A stretch of 64,000 bases of DNA from the human T2T-CHM13v2.0 reference genome, Homo sapiens, in NCBI RefSeq assembly GCF_009914755.1, contig NC_060925.1; one strand, given 5' to 3'. The notes below the pieces were generated by a model. That model did not search any database, was not told the origin of the DNA, and saw nothing but the letters and a program-made list of their open reading frames with translations. Below are positions 28,025 to 43,265 of this stretch, in pieces. The position numbers and the translations under genes were made by a program. Within the stretch, counting starts at the first letter, position 1; every line of letters begins with the position of its first letter.

Positions 28025-28059
28025 TAGAAGAAAATACATTTTATCTACAGCATCCTCTA

Positions 28060-28270
28060 CCAGATCAAAGCACTCTCACACATGTTATCTGATATGAGCT
28101 ACACAATAACTTTGAGCCAAGACAAGACAAAGAAAACTGTTCCCATTTTTCAGAGAAAGGAATTGAGTCTGTGATCACATGGCTTTTTCAATTTAGATTT
28201 AATTAGTATTTGAGACAGATGCCTAGCAAGGTTTTCTGATTCTTGAACTAGTTAGTTTCTGACTACCTCC
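28060..28270 (-). mobile_element. MIR SINE
   Basis: CAAAGCACTCTCACACATGTTATCT..CCCATTTTTCAGAGAAAGGAATTGAG. Confidence 0.6.
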
Positions 28271-28942
28271 CGCTGGTCCTTCCATGTCTATAAATCTATG
28301 ATTCTAATAATCATGGCCCATCTGAGAGACACCTTGCATGGCTTATGTCTGAGACTATTTGGTGGCTGGTAAGAACAGAATAATGCCACTATTCTTCAAG
28401 TTTTTTCAAAGGTTACAGAATCAAATGCAAGTTATTTTTAACATTCTTTGTGAATTCAAATACTAGGTGAATATTGTGATTTTTATTTCGATGACAAGAA
28501 CATCCATTTAAGTACCTTCCCTCTTTCTTCCCCTACCTCCCCAACCTCTCTTTTTAACCCACAATCAGGGCCTGCTGGTTCTAAGCTTTTTGGCATCTCT
28601 GGATGAGTCTTATGTGATTTAAAATAGCTGCTACTGAGCTGTTGTTTAGTACTTTAGTCCAAGTCGGCTTTAAGTGTGTACAACGTAGAAAGAGTTCTTT
28701 TCTGAGGACTGACTCTAAGCTTCAAGAAATGTTGAAGGGTTTTGTTTTCCCAGAGCTGTCAAGTTTTTTGAGAGAACTGAAAAGATGCAACAAAGGAAGA
28801 TGTGAGAGCGATTTTTAAAAATTTTAAATATCTCTTTGGTTCTCCAATCTTTTTCAAATTAAAGTTATATTGCTAACCATTCCATAGCTAAATGCCTCTA
28901 CCTTTGGATTGTTGCGCTGTGGTGATTATGACCCTTATCTCA

Positions 28943-28990
28943 TGTGTGTGTGTATGTGTGTGTGAATGTGTGTGTAAGTGTGTGAGTGTG
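28943..28990. repeat. Imperfect (TG)n
   Basis: Seen directly. Confidence 0.85.
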
Positions 28991-29370
28991 CCGACATTCC
29001 TTTCTTTCAGACTTCTCTCTGAATGGTAAAGGTTTATCAGAGACTAAAAACTTATCTTTTCAAAATTGAATTTGTAGTAAAAGTGGTTTGATGTAGAAGG
29101 GAGGAGGGGAAGTAGAAACAAAAGTAACATTGGAAGAATAATAAGAGGAAAGCAGCAGACAGCAGACCCAGACTGTACAGTACACCATGTTTATGTGATT
29201 TACTTGGGGTTATATGTTTTTAAAAGCAACATATAAACGCATAGCAGGATTTTGGCAGATGAAATTATGTTGCATTTACTTTAAGACACTCAATGATGAT
29301 AAACAGTTATTTAGTACAAGTAGTATGCCCGATGGTGCAAAGAACATTGAATTAGATATGGCTCCTGCAA

Positions 29371-29512
29371 AGTAGGTTTGAAATCTAAATACAAATTAGA
29401 GGCAGGATATAAAATGCCCAGGAAAAAAACCTAACATTTAAACATGTAAAAATGTCATCATGGACATTCTAAATGTACTTCCAGACATAATTTGTAAAAT
29501 TTCCTAACTGCA
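29371..29512 (+). repeat. Copy B of the old ~150-bp local duplication
   Basis: Colinear with 18787-19228 once the Alu is removed. Confidence 0.85.
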
Positions 29513-30812
29513 CATACAAACAGTGTAAATAAAGTCATATTTACACAGATTCAATCATGCAGATGTAAGCACATGAATCTCAGATATGCCATTTAAAAGT
29601 GATACATTGAGCTGCAAAATATAGGCATCCACCTGAAAATTGCTATCTTTACTGTTCATCTCCCTTACATTTTTACTTATATTCAACTTCTTTATAAATT
29701 ACAAGTTTGAATAAACATCCAAACATTTGTTGTTTCTGAATAATATGTGCAGTATATATTTGAGTAAAATTTTCTCTAAATGATTTTTAAATTTTGTATT
29801 TGGCCCCTGTAGTCTCTCTTCACTTACTTTAATAAAATATTTTACTGGTTTTTTTTAAGTTGACAAAATGGAAAATTGAAGAGCCGTTGAAGAAAAACAA
29901 ACAAAATTCTCCATGTGAACAATCGTTGCACATTGATGTCTTGAAACAAGAAAGATTTCTCCTATTTATTTACCAGAGATGAGTACAGATAATTTCATTG
30001 TACATCGATTTTCTCTAAGGAGGGAGGAAATGTGGTCAGCTAAAACAAAGCACTGAAATGGGGAATCAGCTGCCACAACTTCTATTCTCATCTCTATCTT
30101 CAGAATTTGCTTTGACTCTCAGAAACTCACTCGGTTTCCATGATCTGATCTAGGGTTTTTTGTTTGTTTGTGTCTTTGTTTCTTTGTCGTCGTTGTTTTC
30201 CTTTGGTGGTTATTTTGTTTTGTTTTGTTTTGTTTTTAACAAACATGATCAGACTTATAGTTAGAATTCTTGAACTGTTTTGTTAAGATATTTAAATTGG
30301 TCTGTTCTATAAATAATATATTGATAAAATGGTAACCAATACAATCATACATCATTCAGGAATATAATCATGTGAAATTCATGTAGCTAAGTGTTTAGTG
30401 AGTGCCTACTGCGTGAAGGGCACTGAGCTAGGCACTGCATAAGCGTATTTGGTCTTTAAATCACAACATACTTATGTAACTGTCATTATATGCAAATATA
30501 AGGTTCTCAGTAGGCAATACTGTGTGAAGTAAGAATAAAATTATCCAAGAGAATATTGCTATGAACTTTAAATACAAAGACCTCCTTTATTTTTGATAAA
30601 TACTTGTTAAATACACAAAACATTTCAAACCTCTTGATCTGTTTTTATTGTTTTTGAATTACATATACGGAATATGTCCACTGTATACATTTTAAAAGTT
30701 GGCATGAATATGTATATTTACATATGCATATAACTAGAAAAAAGCATCATCCTATACCAGAAACACATACATCTGTGCCTTTTAAAGTTATAAGTTAAAA
30801 CTTACAGTATGA

Positions 30813-31136
<324 letters not shown>

Positions 31137-31214
31137 TGACTATTTCTAATGAAAAGCATTTTATCTTTACTAAAAGTACTGCTATTTTTCCAATTCCCAA
31201 GTTTCTTATGCTAG

Positions 31215-31571
<357 letters not shown>

Positions 31572-31724
31572 TAGGAAAAACATAAATAAAATGTCCTTTC
31601 AAATTGTCGATTTCATAATCATGCTTTTTATAAATTTATCTTTGAAAATGTTTTGGGCTTGGGTATTTAACAAGAAGTTCTGGGGCTTTTACTAGGTTTT
31701 ATTTATATTTTGCTCTTCCCAACT

Positions 31725-32095
31725 ATATTAGATAGGAATTTTGTTGGGTTATCATGACATAGAAACCCTGAAACACAGTGGCTCAAACAAGGTGCAGGTT
31801 AGTTCCCACTCACGTAATAGTTTGGATAGGCAGGGTTATTGGTATGCAGCAGCTGTGCCATCTTAGAGACACAGCCTCCCTCTGTGTAATAGCTCTGCCA
31901 TCTTCAACTGTGGCTTTCATCTCTTGATCCACCATGGCTGCTCTGGCTCCAGTCATCATCTTTGTCATTAGCCAGCAGGGGGAAAAAAGGAAAGGAAATG
32001 CATGCTTCTTTCTTTTGAGGACATACTCTGAAATTTACACATGTAATTTCTGAAATTATTCATGGTAGTTGTTCAGGCACAACCACACTAGAAGA
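31725..32095 (-). mobile_element. Old MLT1/LTR33-like LTR
   Basis: ACAGTGGCTCAAACAAG..CTCTGCCATCTTCAAC..ATGGCTGCTCTGGCTCCAG. Confidence 0.5.
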
Positions 32096-32269
32096 CAAAA
32101 TAGAGTAGTGAGATTCTTGCATCTATACATGGAATCTCTGGATACAATAACCACAAATACAGCCTCATACAAGGGTGTTATGTCGATGACTCATTATAGG
32201 CAGGATTATTGTAGATGACCTTCTGAAATGATGACAATTCAGTAAAATTTGGAATAAGACTACATAAAG

Positions 32270-32596
<327 letters not shown>

Positions 32597-33124
32597 TTAA
32601 TATACTTTTCTGGAAAAATCAGTGCAAAATAAAAATCTTTGTGTTGGATGTGAAACAGAATTAGGTGTGCATATTTATAAATTATCCAGGTTTTTATCAA
32701 GAAATGTCCAGCAGTTTGAAAGTCATGATAGATATAGATAAATTATTTTTGTGTCAGACTGTGTCCTAAACTTTGTAACACAATTACCACCTCTAGTCCT
32801 GTCCACTAAATTCCCTCCTTCAATTATTATGACAACCAAAAACAGCTACAAAAATTTATAAAATGATGCCACCACCACCCCTCCCCACCAGGACTGTAAA
32901 ACGCATATTGACAGCTCTAGAGCTACAAGGCATGTTAGCATCTGGTCTCACTTCTAACATACCGCAGATAACAATATCATCAAACATTTCACAACGTTCA
33001 CACGTGGGTCTCAGATTTTCAGCCACTAATATCTATATCACTGCCCCCGATCGCCTGATGCTGCACATTCTAGTCTTTTCTTAGGACAGCATTTCACTTT
33101 TAGGTACCAAATCATATGGCATGT

Positions 33125-33460
33125 TATGAGTTTAGGCTGCTATAATAAAGGAACCCAAAACTGAACAGACATTTCCTTCTCCTATAGAAGTTCTCCCAGC
33201 ATTCTAAGACTAAGAAGGCAGACTGACAACGTAAGGACTCTTACCACTACTCTCTTTTTGCTCCGTCATTCTCAATTTCTACGATTTCCATTTCAGAGAT
33301 CCAACATGACTGTTCTAGCTCTAGCCATCACATCTGTATTCCAGCAATGAAAAGGGAAAAGATTAAAAAAAAAAAAAGGCATTTTTCTTTCCTTAAAAGG
33401 CAAATCCCAAAAGCAGACAGACAATTTCTCTTACATCCCTTACTCTAGAACTTAGTGTTT
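33125..33460 (-). mobile_element. Old MLT1/LTR33-like LTR
   Basis: TAGGCTGCTATAATAAAG..CATGACTGTTCTAGCTCTAGCCATCACATCTGTATTCCAG..CAGAACTTAG. Confidence 0.5.
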
Positions 33461-33539
33461 TTATTTTTGAGATTCTAAAACTAAAGATGACTGGTGACTC
33501 TAAGAATCTAGAGAATCTAGTAGGTATTTTTCTCCCAAA

Positions 33540-33715
33540 CAGGTGGCATAGTGAAATGAACCCCAAACTAGAAATTCTAATTCTGGTTGTACTGCTAACT
33601 AGCTTGGAGATCTCAGGCAGGTCATTTAACTTCTACGATTGTTTCTCCATCTGTAAAATGAGTAAAGGGGAGGTGAATAGGTTATTTCTAATTTTCCAAT
33701 TCCAGAGTATAATAG
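33540..33715 (+). mobile_element. MIR/MIR3 SINE
   Basis: CAGGTCATTTAACTTC..TTTCTCCATCTGTAAAATGAG. Confidence 0.65.
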
Positions 33716-33884
33716 CCAGGACATCATTATGACTAGACTAAATCTTAAAACTTTTTTCCTAAAAATTTTGCAATCTGTTCATTGTAGGTGATTGATTTTT
33801 CAGAACTCATTCCAATTTTATAAAGTAAGTTAGGAACATGGAATTTAATGAAAAAAAAATTTACTTTAGATTTTTGTCATAATG

Positions 33885-34460
33885 CTTTTAAACAAATATG
33901 TATTGAACACTTACCACAAGCCAGACACTGACTTAGACACTACAGATAAAATGCAGAGCAAGATTGGCACAGTGCCTCCCCTCATGGAAAATACAGACAA
34001 ACAGAAAATAATAGAAATGCATAGCAAGTGCTTGAAGGAAATGTACAAATGTCTAAACAAGACACTAACAGAAGTGACCAGCTTTAGATAGGGTGATCAC
34101 AAAGGCCAGAGGCCTTAGAATCAAAGGAGCTGCTTGTGCACATTGTGGGACTAGAAAGAGCATTCCAGGCAAAGAGGGATTGCCTGTATAAAGGCCCTAG
34201 GAACCTGAGAAAAAAAAATAAAAAATAAACACGGGCCAGATCATACAGGTACTGACAGGCCCTGGTAAGAAATTCAAAGGTATTAAGATTTATTCTCAGG
34301 AAAGGGGGAAGGCAATGAAGGGTTTCAAAAAGGTAATTATGTGAATTAGCTCTCAGTCTAACATCACTTTTGCTTTTGTTGGAAGGAAATAAAAGAGAAA
34401 GCAGAGAGACCAATAATCCAGGGAGAAATGGTGGCAGTTGAGACAAAGGGGTGGTAATAA
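33885..34460 (-). mobile_element. L2 LINE 3' part
   Basis: AACAAATATGTATTGAACACTTAC..AGCATTCCAGGCAAAGAGG..GGGCCAGATCATACAGG. Confidence 0.8.
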
Positions 34461-35216
34461 GAGAAAGAAAAAAAAAATACCTGTATAAAGTGCAATTTTA
34501 AAGCTTAATTTTATACTTAATGGTATATACAATCAATCAATGAACAATCACATTCTGAGGTCCTACCGTATGTCCAGATGGAAGTGTAAAGGTGAATGAT
34601 ATATTGCCCCTGCCCTCTAGGAACTTATAATTTATTTGTGGGGGAACAGCTAACAAGTAGGAAACCATATCAATAATCTTACAAGAACTTCTCTGATACC
34701 TTATAAAAAGTGATTTATTTCTCTTATGTCTTTGAATTAACAGAGGAATGTTTAGAAATCTTAAAATATTAGGTCTGTGTTGTATCCTGCTATTGCTTAT
34801 TATATTTACAGACTGATTTTCCTGTGCAAGAACCAGGATGCAACCAATGTCCAAATGGACATTTCTTTCTTTTCCATGTATTATATTTTTTCTTACTTAG
34901 GCAAGCTCTTGGATGTGGAGTAGGTACCAGATTGTGCTGGTGGTAGGATTAAAAGAACACTGCACTTACACTTTACCAGTGTATGATAAGATCTCACTCA
35001 CGCCTGCCTACAGAGACCCTGAACTCTCACCTTTTCACACACCCACATTGGCAAACACCTCAGCCTAAGAGACAAACTCACAGATGGCAAACATAGGGTG
35101 TTTGCTTTCTAGAAATTATAAGAAACTGATTAAATTTCAAATAAGAAAGAAAGATCAAATGTAGCAAATGATCTCATTTAAAATAATCAGTGCACTGTAT
35201 TAGAAATATCTTTTCC

Positions 35217-35612
<396 letters not shown>

Positions 35613-36695
35613 CTACTTAAATTACTCTTTCAGGTAAATTTTCAAATATTATTGGCATTGGAGAACTTCATGTGAAAACCTCATGCCCATGGCCTAGGGT
35701 TCTCGCCCCGTACCACAGGTTTGAACACCATCAGACTTGCACATTCACAACAGTAACCCCAGTTCTTGTGGATGGTAACGTGTATATCTCTCCAAGTCTG
35801 TCGAGAGCAGCAGGAATGAGGAAAGTAAAAGGATGCCAGAGGCCTAACACTCGTGGCCATTACCATTCCCAGAGTGCCTTTTGCAGGAGTAGGGAATGGT
35901 AATTCTGATATCCTGGACACATTTTTAACTGAGTAATAACACTTTGCCTACTTAAATGCCCCCTGTAGTTTCAATTAACTGGGCATGCTTCTGAACATTC
36001 TTTTGCTGTTAGGCGAGGCGTGGTTACAGCCAATGTGCATTACTTCAGCAGTGAATAAAAGTGCTTTCTCATCTAGCACCCACCTTTCAAACCTGTGCAA
36101 GGGTAAGGATATAATTTAAACATTTAGGCTCTAATTTGCAAGACATTTTCAGAATAGTAAGGTCAATAACATTTGTATAACATTTCCACTGTGGGAAGAG
36201 GGCATAAAATCTAAGAATACAGTGGCTATTATTTTGATTATCAATTCAATAAGTAGAATCATGGCATTATTGCTATTGAATGCCTAGTTAATAACCAGAT
36301 AAGAGTACTTCAGAGCTCAATAGGAATATAAAGGATATTTATAATGCAACAATGGATTATTCAGATTTTACAATAGTTATTTCTCAGCAAATAATGTTGC
36401 TTATAAAAATCATAGTCCCCTATCTCAACATTTCTTCCACTATTCTATGGGAAACTGGTGTCTTTGGAAATCTTAACAGATGTCTGCCAACAACAGTTTA
36501 TGTTAGCTAACAAGTTTAGAATATACTGGGTCAAATTTAAACACTTTTTATCTTGCTTTTTTTTTTTTTTGGTTTTGCTGTTTTTGCAAAGCCTTAATAA
36601 TATGCTAACATTTATTTTGAACTTCAAGATAAGTTATCTAGCATGTAGGACTGTATTTCCACAATTAATGTGACTATAGGACCCTGGAACATATA

Positions 36696-37064
36696 TGCTA
36701 TGGTCTGAATGTTTGTGTCTCCCCCAAAATTCATATGTTAGACTCCTAATTCCCAACATGGTGGTATTAGGAAATGGGGCCTTTGCTAGGTGATTCAAGT
36801 GTGAGGGCAGAGCCCTCACGAATGGAATTTGTGAGGGCTAATTCCCTCACTAAAGTCCCAAGGGAGTTGTTCACCCCTTCCATCATGTGAGGACACAAGG
36901 AGAAGGCATTATCTATGAAGAAGCAGGCCCTTGCCAGACACCAGATCTGCTGGCACTTTGATCTTTGACTTCCCAGCCTCTAAAACTGAGAGAAATACAT
37001 TTCTGCTGTTTATAAGCCACCCATTTACAGTATGTTGTTAAAGCGGTATGAATGGACTAAGACA
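36696..37064 (+). mobile_element. MLT1A-type MaLR solo LTR
   Basis: TGCTATGGTCTGAATGTTTGTGTC..GGACTAAGACA; 5-bp TSD ATATA. Confidence 0.93.
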
Positions 37065-37074
37065 ATATATTAAC

Positions 37075-37860
37075 ATATTTTTTCTATTTAAAATACATAT
37101 TTATTTCTGGTTACTTCTTATCCCTTCTGCTGCTGCTACCCCAACTGGAATTAACATCGCCTTTCACTGGGTTACTACGATAGCCTTCCTAATTCAATTC
37201 ATCTTCCTGCTTCTAGCCCTGTCCCTTGACAGTCTATTTTCAAGAGGCAGTCAACAACACCCCTTAAAAATCTGCAAAGAACCCTATGATAGTTTCCCAT
37301 TTCTTTCAGAACAAAAGCCAAAGTCCTCACCATGTCCTGAGAAGCCACAGGTTATCTCACCTCTCCCTCTTCTCGAGTTTTTCTAAACTCATCTCCTTTT
37401 GCCTGCTCAGCTTCAACTTCATACGTCTGTTGAAAGTTTCTCAATACACCAGGAATGCTTCCATTAAAGCCTATTTACACCGGGTGTTCTGTCTGCTTGG
37501 CAGAGCCTTCTCTAGATAGCCGCAGGGTACATTCCCTCACTTCCTTCCAGTCATTTGCTCAAGTGATGCCTTCTCAGTGGGACCCGCTCTCACCAACCCA
37601 CCTGTTTCAGATGCTAACCTCTACCCGAACCCATCTGGCAACCCTGATTCCCTTTATCCCACTTTTCCCTGGATCCACTGCATTTATCATCTATGACCAT
37701 GCTACAAAAATAAGTAATTTATTATGTTTATTTCTGACTCCAACTAGAAAGTAAAGTGCAGGGAGGTACAGATTTTATTTTATTCTGTAAAATAATTTGC
37801 TCTAATTTCTAGAACAGTGTCTAGCATGTATTGGGTTGTCAATAAATATTTATTGAATAA
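37075..37860 (+). mobile_element. L2a LINE 3' part
   Basis: Pyrimidine-rich L2 body ending AGAACAGTGTCTAGCATGTA..CAATAAATATTTATTGAAT. Confidence 0.8.
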
Positions 37861-38836
37861 AGAAAAAGAAAAGAATATTCTCCATATATATTTCTAAAAT
37901 CAAAATGTGTCATAAAAATGAAATGTTTCTTTTTTCCCTGTTATAATATTTCTGGTGTTTGTTATAGTTACTTATGTCTTCGAATCTAGGAAATATAAAT
38001 CAGGGGATACTTGGATTTTTCCAAACTCGCTGCCATCAGAGTTAATTTAATATCTGGTAAAAAGAAGAAGCCTAATGTCATCTGTGACTTCTCTTTTTCT
38101 AATTTTATCACTCCTTTCTCTGTACCTGAAATTAATTTTTTGCCAAGTTGCCTAGTCCTGCCAACTGTATTTCAATAATAATGTCCTAATTAATTTCCTT
38201 CCCTCCTTCCCTGCTAGGAAGGGCACACATAGAGAGACAACTGCCAGTAATCCTACAGGGGAGGCCGGAACTCTATCATAGGTGGCCTTCAAGGCAATTA
38301 AACTTTTCATGGTAAACAATAGTGAGCCACTACATTTTTTTAAGCAAGATCAGAATTTTTAGAAAGGTAACTCTGACAGTGATGTATCAAATGACCTGAA
38401 GGTCAGCAGAACTCTCATTTCTAATTCTGCACGAACTCTTGATTTCCCGCTATGTGATGATCTTTCCATCAGTTTCTCATCTACTTTCTCTTTGGCCACC
38501 TACTCACATCTGAAACCTGCTCCTTCTCCAAGAGCCTGGGTATACGACAAAGACCCAGGTCACGAGACATCCCTGGTTCCATCACCTTTGAGATCTTTCT
38601 GGTCTTCTTACACACTCTGACCATAAGAGAACAAAGGGAGAAAGGAGAGAAAAAGAAGGGCTCGACATTTATTTCTTATAATCTCTAAATAATCTCATAT
38701 AATGTGAGTTAGTCCCACCTTACAAGTAAGGGGATCGAGGTTCAAAACACTAAAATATTTTACCCAACATCATATAAGTAGTGGGATTCAAACTTATAGC
38801 TGCCCAGAAGAATAAAAACAGTAAGACTGACTGAAC

Positions 38837-39127
38837 TTTTTTTTTTTTTTTTGAGACTGATTCTCACTCTTTCGCCCAGGCTGGAGTGCAGCGATGTGAT
38901 CTTGGCTGTCTGCAACCTCCGCCTCCCAGGTTCAAGTGATTCTCCTGCCTCCCCAGTAGCTGAGATTACAGGCATGCACCACCATGCCAGGCTAATTTTT
39001 GTATTTTTAGTAGAGACAGGGTTTCACCACGTTGGCCAGGCTGGTCTTGAACTCCTGACCTCAAGTGATCTGCCCGCCTCGCCTCCCAAAGTGCTGGGAT
39101 TACAGGCTTGAGCTATCGAGCCTGGCC
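38837..39127 (-). mobile_element. AluS SINE
   Basis: Antisense Alu; TSD-like TGACTGAACTT / TGACTGACTT. Confidence 0.93.
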
Positions 39128-39164
39128 TGACTGACTTCTAATGAGCATCTAAGTTCCAGATACT

Positions 39165-39365
39165 GAAACATATCTTTTACATAAATTATTTAAATTCCAA
39201 TAGGCTTATGGGGAGCTTCAGTTGTTATCCCCATTATATAGAACAGGAGACCAAGATTAGGAAGATTAAGTAATTTTCCAAAGTTCACATGGCTAGTAAA
39301 TGATGATTCTAAGACTAGAGCTCAGTTTTATCTAACTGGGGTGAGAGGTCCTAACCCCCACACTA
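39165..39365 (-). mobile_element. MIR SINE
   Basis: TATCCCCATTATA..AGATTAAGTAATTTTCCAAAGTTCACATGGCTAGTAAATG. Confidence 0.7.
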
Positions 39366-41079
39366 TCAATAAACTCCAGTGCTTCCCCATGGGTCATCTT
39401 GCCTCCTGCGGTATGGAAAACAAGAGCCATGGGGCACACACTGGCCTGGCCCTGACCATCACTACATGATGGTCTGTCAGCCTTGGGTGTCAGTGAGCCC
39501 GTGCTCTCTCTGCTGTCGGCAGGCCTGGATCAGCTGTTTATCCTGCCACTGGGTGCGGGGGGAAGGGAATAGCTCTGGACGGATCAGTGCTCTTAAAAAT
39601 ATTTTTTTTTTCTGTACTGTTTCCTGCTTTAACAATTTATATCCCGTCCACCACTACCACCATCACCACCTGCCCCTAGAATTGTGGGGAAGAAAGAAAA
39701 CTCTAAAGCTTAAGATGCAAGAATTCTAGTTGAATTTCAATTGTGACTATCAAAGCAGAAAAGTCCTCTGTAAATATTAAAATTTTACCATATCTTTCTG
39801 CCCAGCACTATGGGTTACACGTGAACTTGGCAGCATTTTATTTGGGAACGCAAAGTCCGGCTTACTCCTTTTTTCTTTTTTGAATACTCATTTAGCATTG
39901 GCTCAATACTTGAGGTTCTTGGGTAAAGGTTTCTCAATTAGATAGTTAATTTGGATCTAAAGAGTTATTAGTCAAAATACCCTGTGATATGAAGACTGGT
40001 GTGAATAAAGACAGAAACATTTCATTCCCACAGATATAGCATAATAATAATGATAAATTAGGAACATCACAGACGTGTTCACACCATGCCCAGATGTGCC
40101 AAGAAATGGCGCTTATTTCTTTTTAATTGATTGGATCTTCTTCATAATTCCACATCCACTGGGCAGTCTAGAAAAGTTATTTCTGTTACATTGTTGATTC
40201 AATCTTATTAGGCAATTCAACCCATCTCTTTATGTAACTTAGTTTGTGCTTCAACAAGTAAGAGAAATACTTGTCAGATTTCCGGCCTCTCCACCTGGAT
40301 TTACATGGATTATGTGAAATGAGTGAGGTACACATAATCTTAGGGGAGGTGGAGTCCTGGAGTTGAAGAGGTGTCCTCTAAGTCCTCCCGGCCTGGTCTT
40401 CTCCCAGAGGTGGTCATCTCAGGAGGGACTTGTCCATCCCCAAGGCATTCTGAAGCCTCCATTGCAAGAAACTGCCTTTAGTGATATTCATTCATGTTTT
40501 GTTCACTCAATTCTTACAGTGTTTCAGGGCCCCAATAGCCATCTCCCCTTGTTGATCAAGCCCCCATCTCCACTTTTGCTGAAAATAATGATTCCCAACT
40601 GGATCTTTATCTACCGTGAATGGCTTCATTTTCTTTAGACCACCTGCTTTGGCAAAGTTGCCAGGCAAGACCTTCACCTACTTTCAGCCAGATGCCCCTG
40701 GTTCGTTTCACAGGACACTCAGAAAAGCTACCATACCATGCAAGAGATGAGGGAGACTCTGAGGGGTTAAACTCAGATCTTTCTATACAAAACCACAGTA
40801 AACCACTGAATTTAATTTTATGTAAAACCCCCAGTAGTTAAGCAGAAGGAACCTGTAAAGCGATAGCTTCTCATCCTCTTGAAGGAGCAGAAGGCCCTTT
40901 CCCCTCACCATTCCCCTCAAATTCTCTAGAACATCTCTATACCCTTCCCTCACTCAACCCCCACCACCAGGAATTGGTGAAAACTGGAGAAGCTGGAGCA
41001 ATGTTCTCCTATTTCTCTGTCTTCTACCAAGAATCCAGTGGGAACTGAGGAGCCAGGCATTTCCCGACTTCTTCCTCAC

Positions 41080-41140
41080 TTTCATTTAAGACTCGCTAGT
41101 ATTGTTGTTATTTCATTTAAGACTCTCGAGTATTATTTGT
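41080..41140. repeat. 31-bp-period imperfect tandem duplication
   Basis: TTTCATTTAAGACTC at 41080 and 41111. Confidence 0.85.
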
Positions 41141-41449
41141 CTGGCGGCTTCTCAATAGTTAAAGAAGAAATAAAGGAATTTAGAAAATCTTTTTCTTTCT
41201 TACAATCCAAATTTCATGACTATTGTCTTGGCAAAGAAGTCAAAGGAGCCAGCTTTTGAGATTCAAAACTGATCAATGGCTTCTTTGTTCTAATCTTGGG
41301 AATTCCCAGCTTCTCCCTCCCAGGGGCTATGTGCTTGGGAGGTAGAAGTTTGCAACAAGGGAACTTGATTTAAGGGATAAGTGTCAGTGCTTTAATTTAC
41401 TATCTCAAACGATTTCAAATAATTCTCATTATAACTCCCACCAAAATAA

Positions 41450-41610
41450 CAATATTAGCTTCTTACTATGTCAGATACTGTGCATCAATGTTATTTTATG
41501 TTTTACTTAATTCTTACAACAACCCTGTTAAGAAAGTCTTATTACACACATTTTCAGCGTAGAAAATCAAGTCTCAGAATGATTCACACAGCTGGGAAGG
41601 AGTTCTTTCT
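41450..41610 (-). mobile_element. MIR SINE
   Basis: TTACTATGTCAGATACTGTG..TTAATTCTTACAACAACCCTGT. Confidence 0.65.
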
Positions 41611-41631
41611 CTTACCCACTGCAGTCTAAAA

Positions 41632-41866
41632 TAGTGTTTCTCAGTTTGACTACAGCCCACACAAGAAATATAATTTATGTCCCAATCCAACTACACACGT
41701 AACTGAAGAAAGAGTTTCACATAACAATACTTAATTTGCACTCAATTTCTTATGTTCTGTGCAATTCTCTTCCTTTCTTTTTTTACTCTTTTTAATGCTA
41801 ATCACAATCAACTAAATTGATTTCATGACCTACTAAAGGGTCATAATTGACAGCTGAAAAATGCTG
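41632..41866 (-). mobile_element. hAT-Charlie relic (Charlie4a-like)
   Basis: ACTAAATTGATTTCATGACCTACTAAAGGGTCA..GAAAAATGCTG; TAGTGTTTCTCA at the other end. Confidence 0.65.
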
Positions 41867-43265
41867 CTCCAGCATCTGCTGCATCAATATTACAGAATTC
41901 TAGTAGAAATTACATCAAACTCTTTAGCCATTTGGAAATCAGGCTAAGGTAATTTTTCATATGCAAGTTATAATTGTGAGCGCTTCAGTATGAAAAACTT
42001 GAAGCAAGTAGAATAGTGAGTTAAATGTCAATTAAATACTGTTAAGTAGCTTTAAAATTACTTAGCAAGAGGAAATCCAAAAGCTGAACAAATATAGATT
42101 TGTGGTTGACTTGCCATTTTTAAGTAGTTTCACAAAGTCCTCTTTGGGTTATCCTCTCAGAACTTGTATCTAGGTATTTTCACTCTCAATTTTGATCTAC
42201 AGGACATAATTGTATTCCAAGGTTTTTATTTTTCCCCAAGGATTCAGGTTAAAATGTAGCATTGTTTTCATCCAAATTGTATTCCAAATCTCTAAATAAT
42301 CTCAAAGAAGAAAAACTTTCGTGAGTCCCAAATTCTTGAATGATTAAGGATTTGAGTCAGTGGACATTCTGCACTTGGAGTGAGCAAGATAAACTCCAGG
42401 CTGATGATGTCAACTAATTTGGGAATGAGTGAGTGACATTTCAAAAAACAGAAGGTTGAGAAGGTGTTCAAGAATTTCCAGGTCTTGAAGGCTAGAAAAA
42501 GCCAACAGATTTCTGCCTTGCAGTCCAAAGCTCATTACAAGGTTGTATGTTGGAGTGCTTTGCTTTAGGCAACTTTCAAGTAAATCAAGAAATGAGCCCT
42601 CTCCCATGTTTGCTGCACTTTCTAGTTCTCACTAAATTTTACTTTTGACCTCTGAGACATTTGCAACGGCACCAGGATGTGGTTACAAATTGGATTAGTA
42701 TTACCAAGCAGATCCTTTTGACATGCTGGAAGACCTAATCCATCAGTTACCTACTGAAGCCAAATGGATGACGTTTGTAACTCCTTGGGGTAGGTTTTGA
42801 GATACACAACAGGAGGACAAAACAGAAACTTTTGAAAATATGGAAAAGAAACTATTCAAAACAAAGGAAAGGAAGAATGCTCGAATAAATGCTGGGAGAC
42901 CTAGATTCTGGCTCTGCAACCACAAAATAGTTTTGGAAGCCTTACAAAGTTACTTGACCTTTTTCAGTTTCAGATTTCTCACCTGCAGATGTCTTCTGTA
43001 GCTTATCACCTGCAAATGGTCTCCTAGTAACTACTGACATGCCAAATAGTTGGGATCAATTCTCTCCCTCAAATTGCACACAAGATTGAAGTCACCATAT
43101 TCTTCAATACTCTCATTAGATAAATACATTTCAGAGAATACTATAAATAAGCAATCCTCCTGGAATCTGGCACCATTGAGAAGAACCTAGCCACCAGTGG
43201 TTTTAGGAGAGAGCTAAGGGAGAAAGCATAACATGTAAACAAGATCACGGGATGAGAAATTCACA

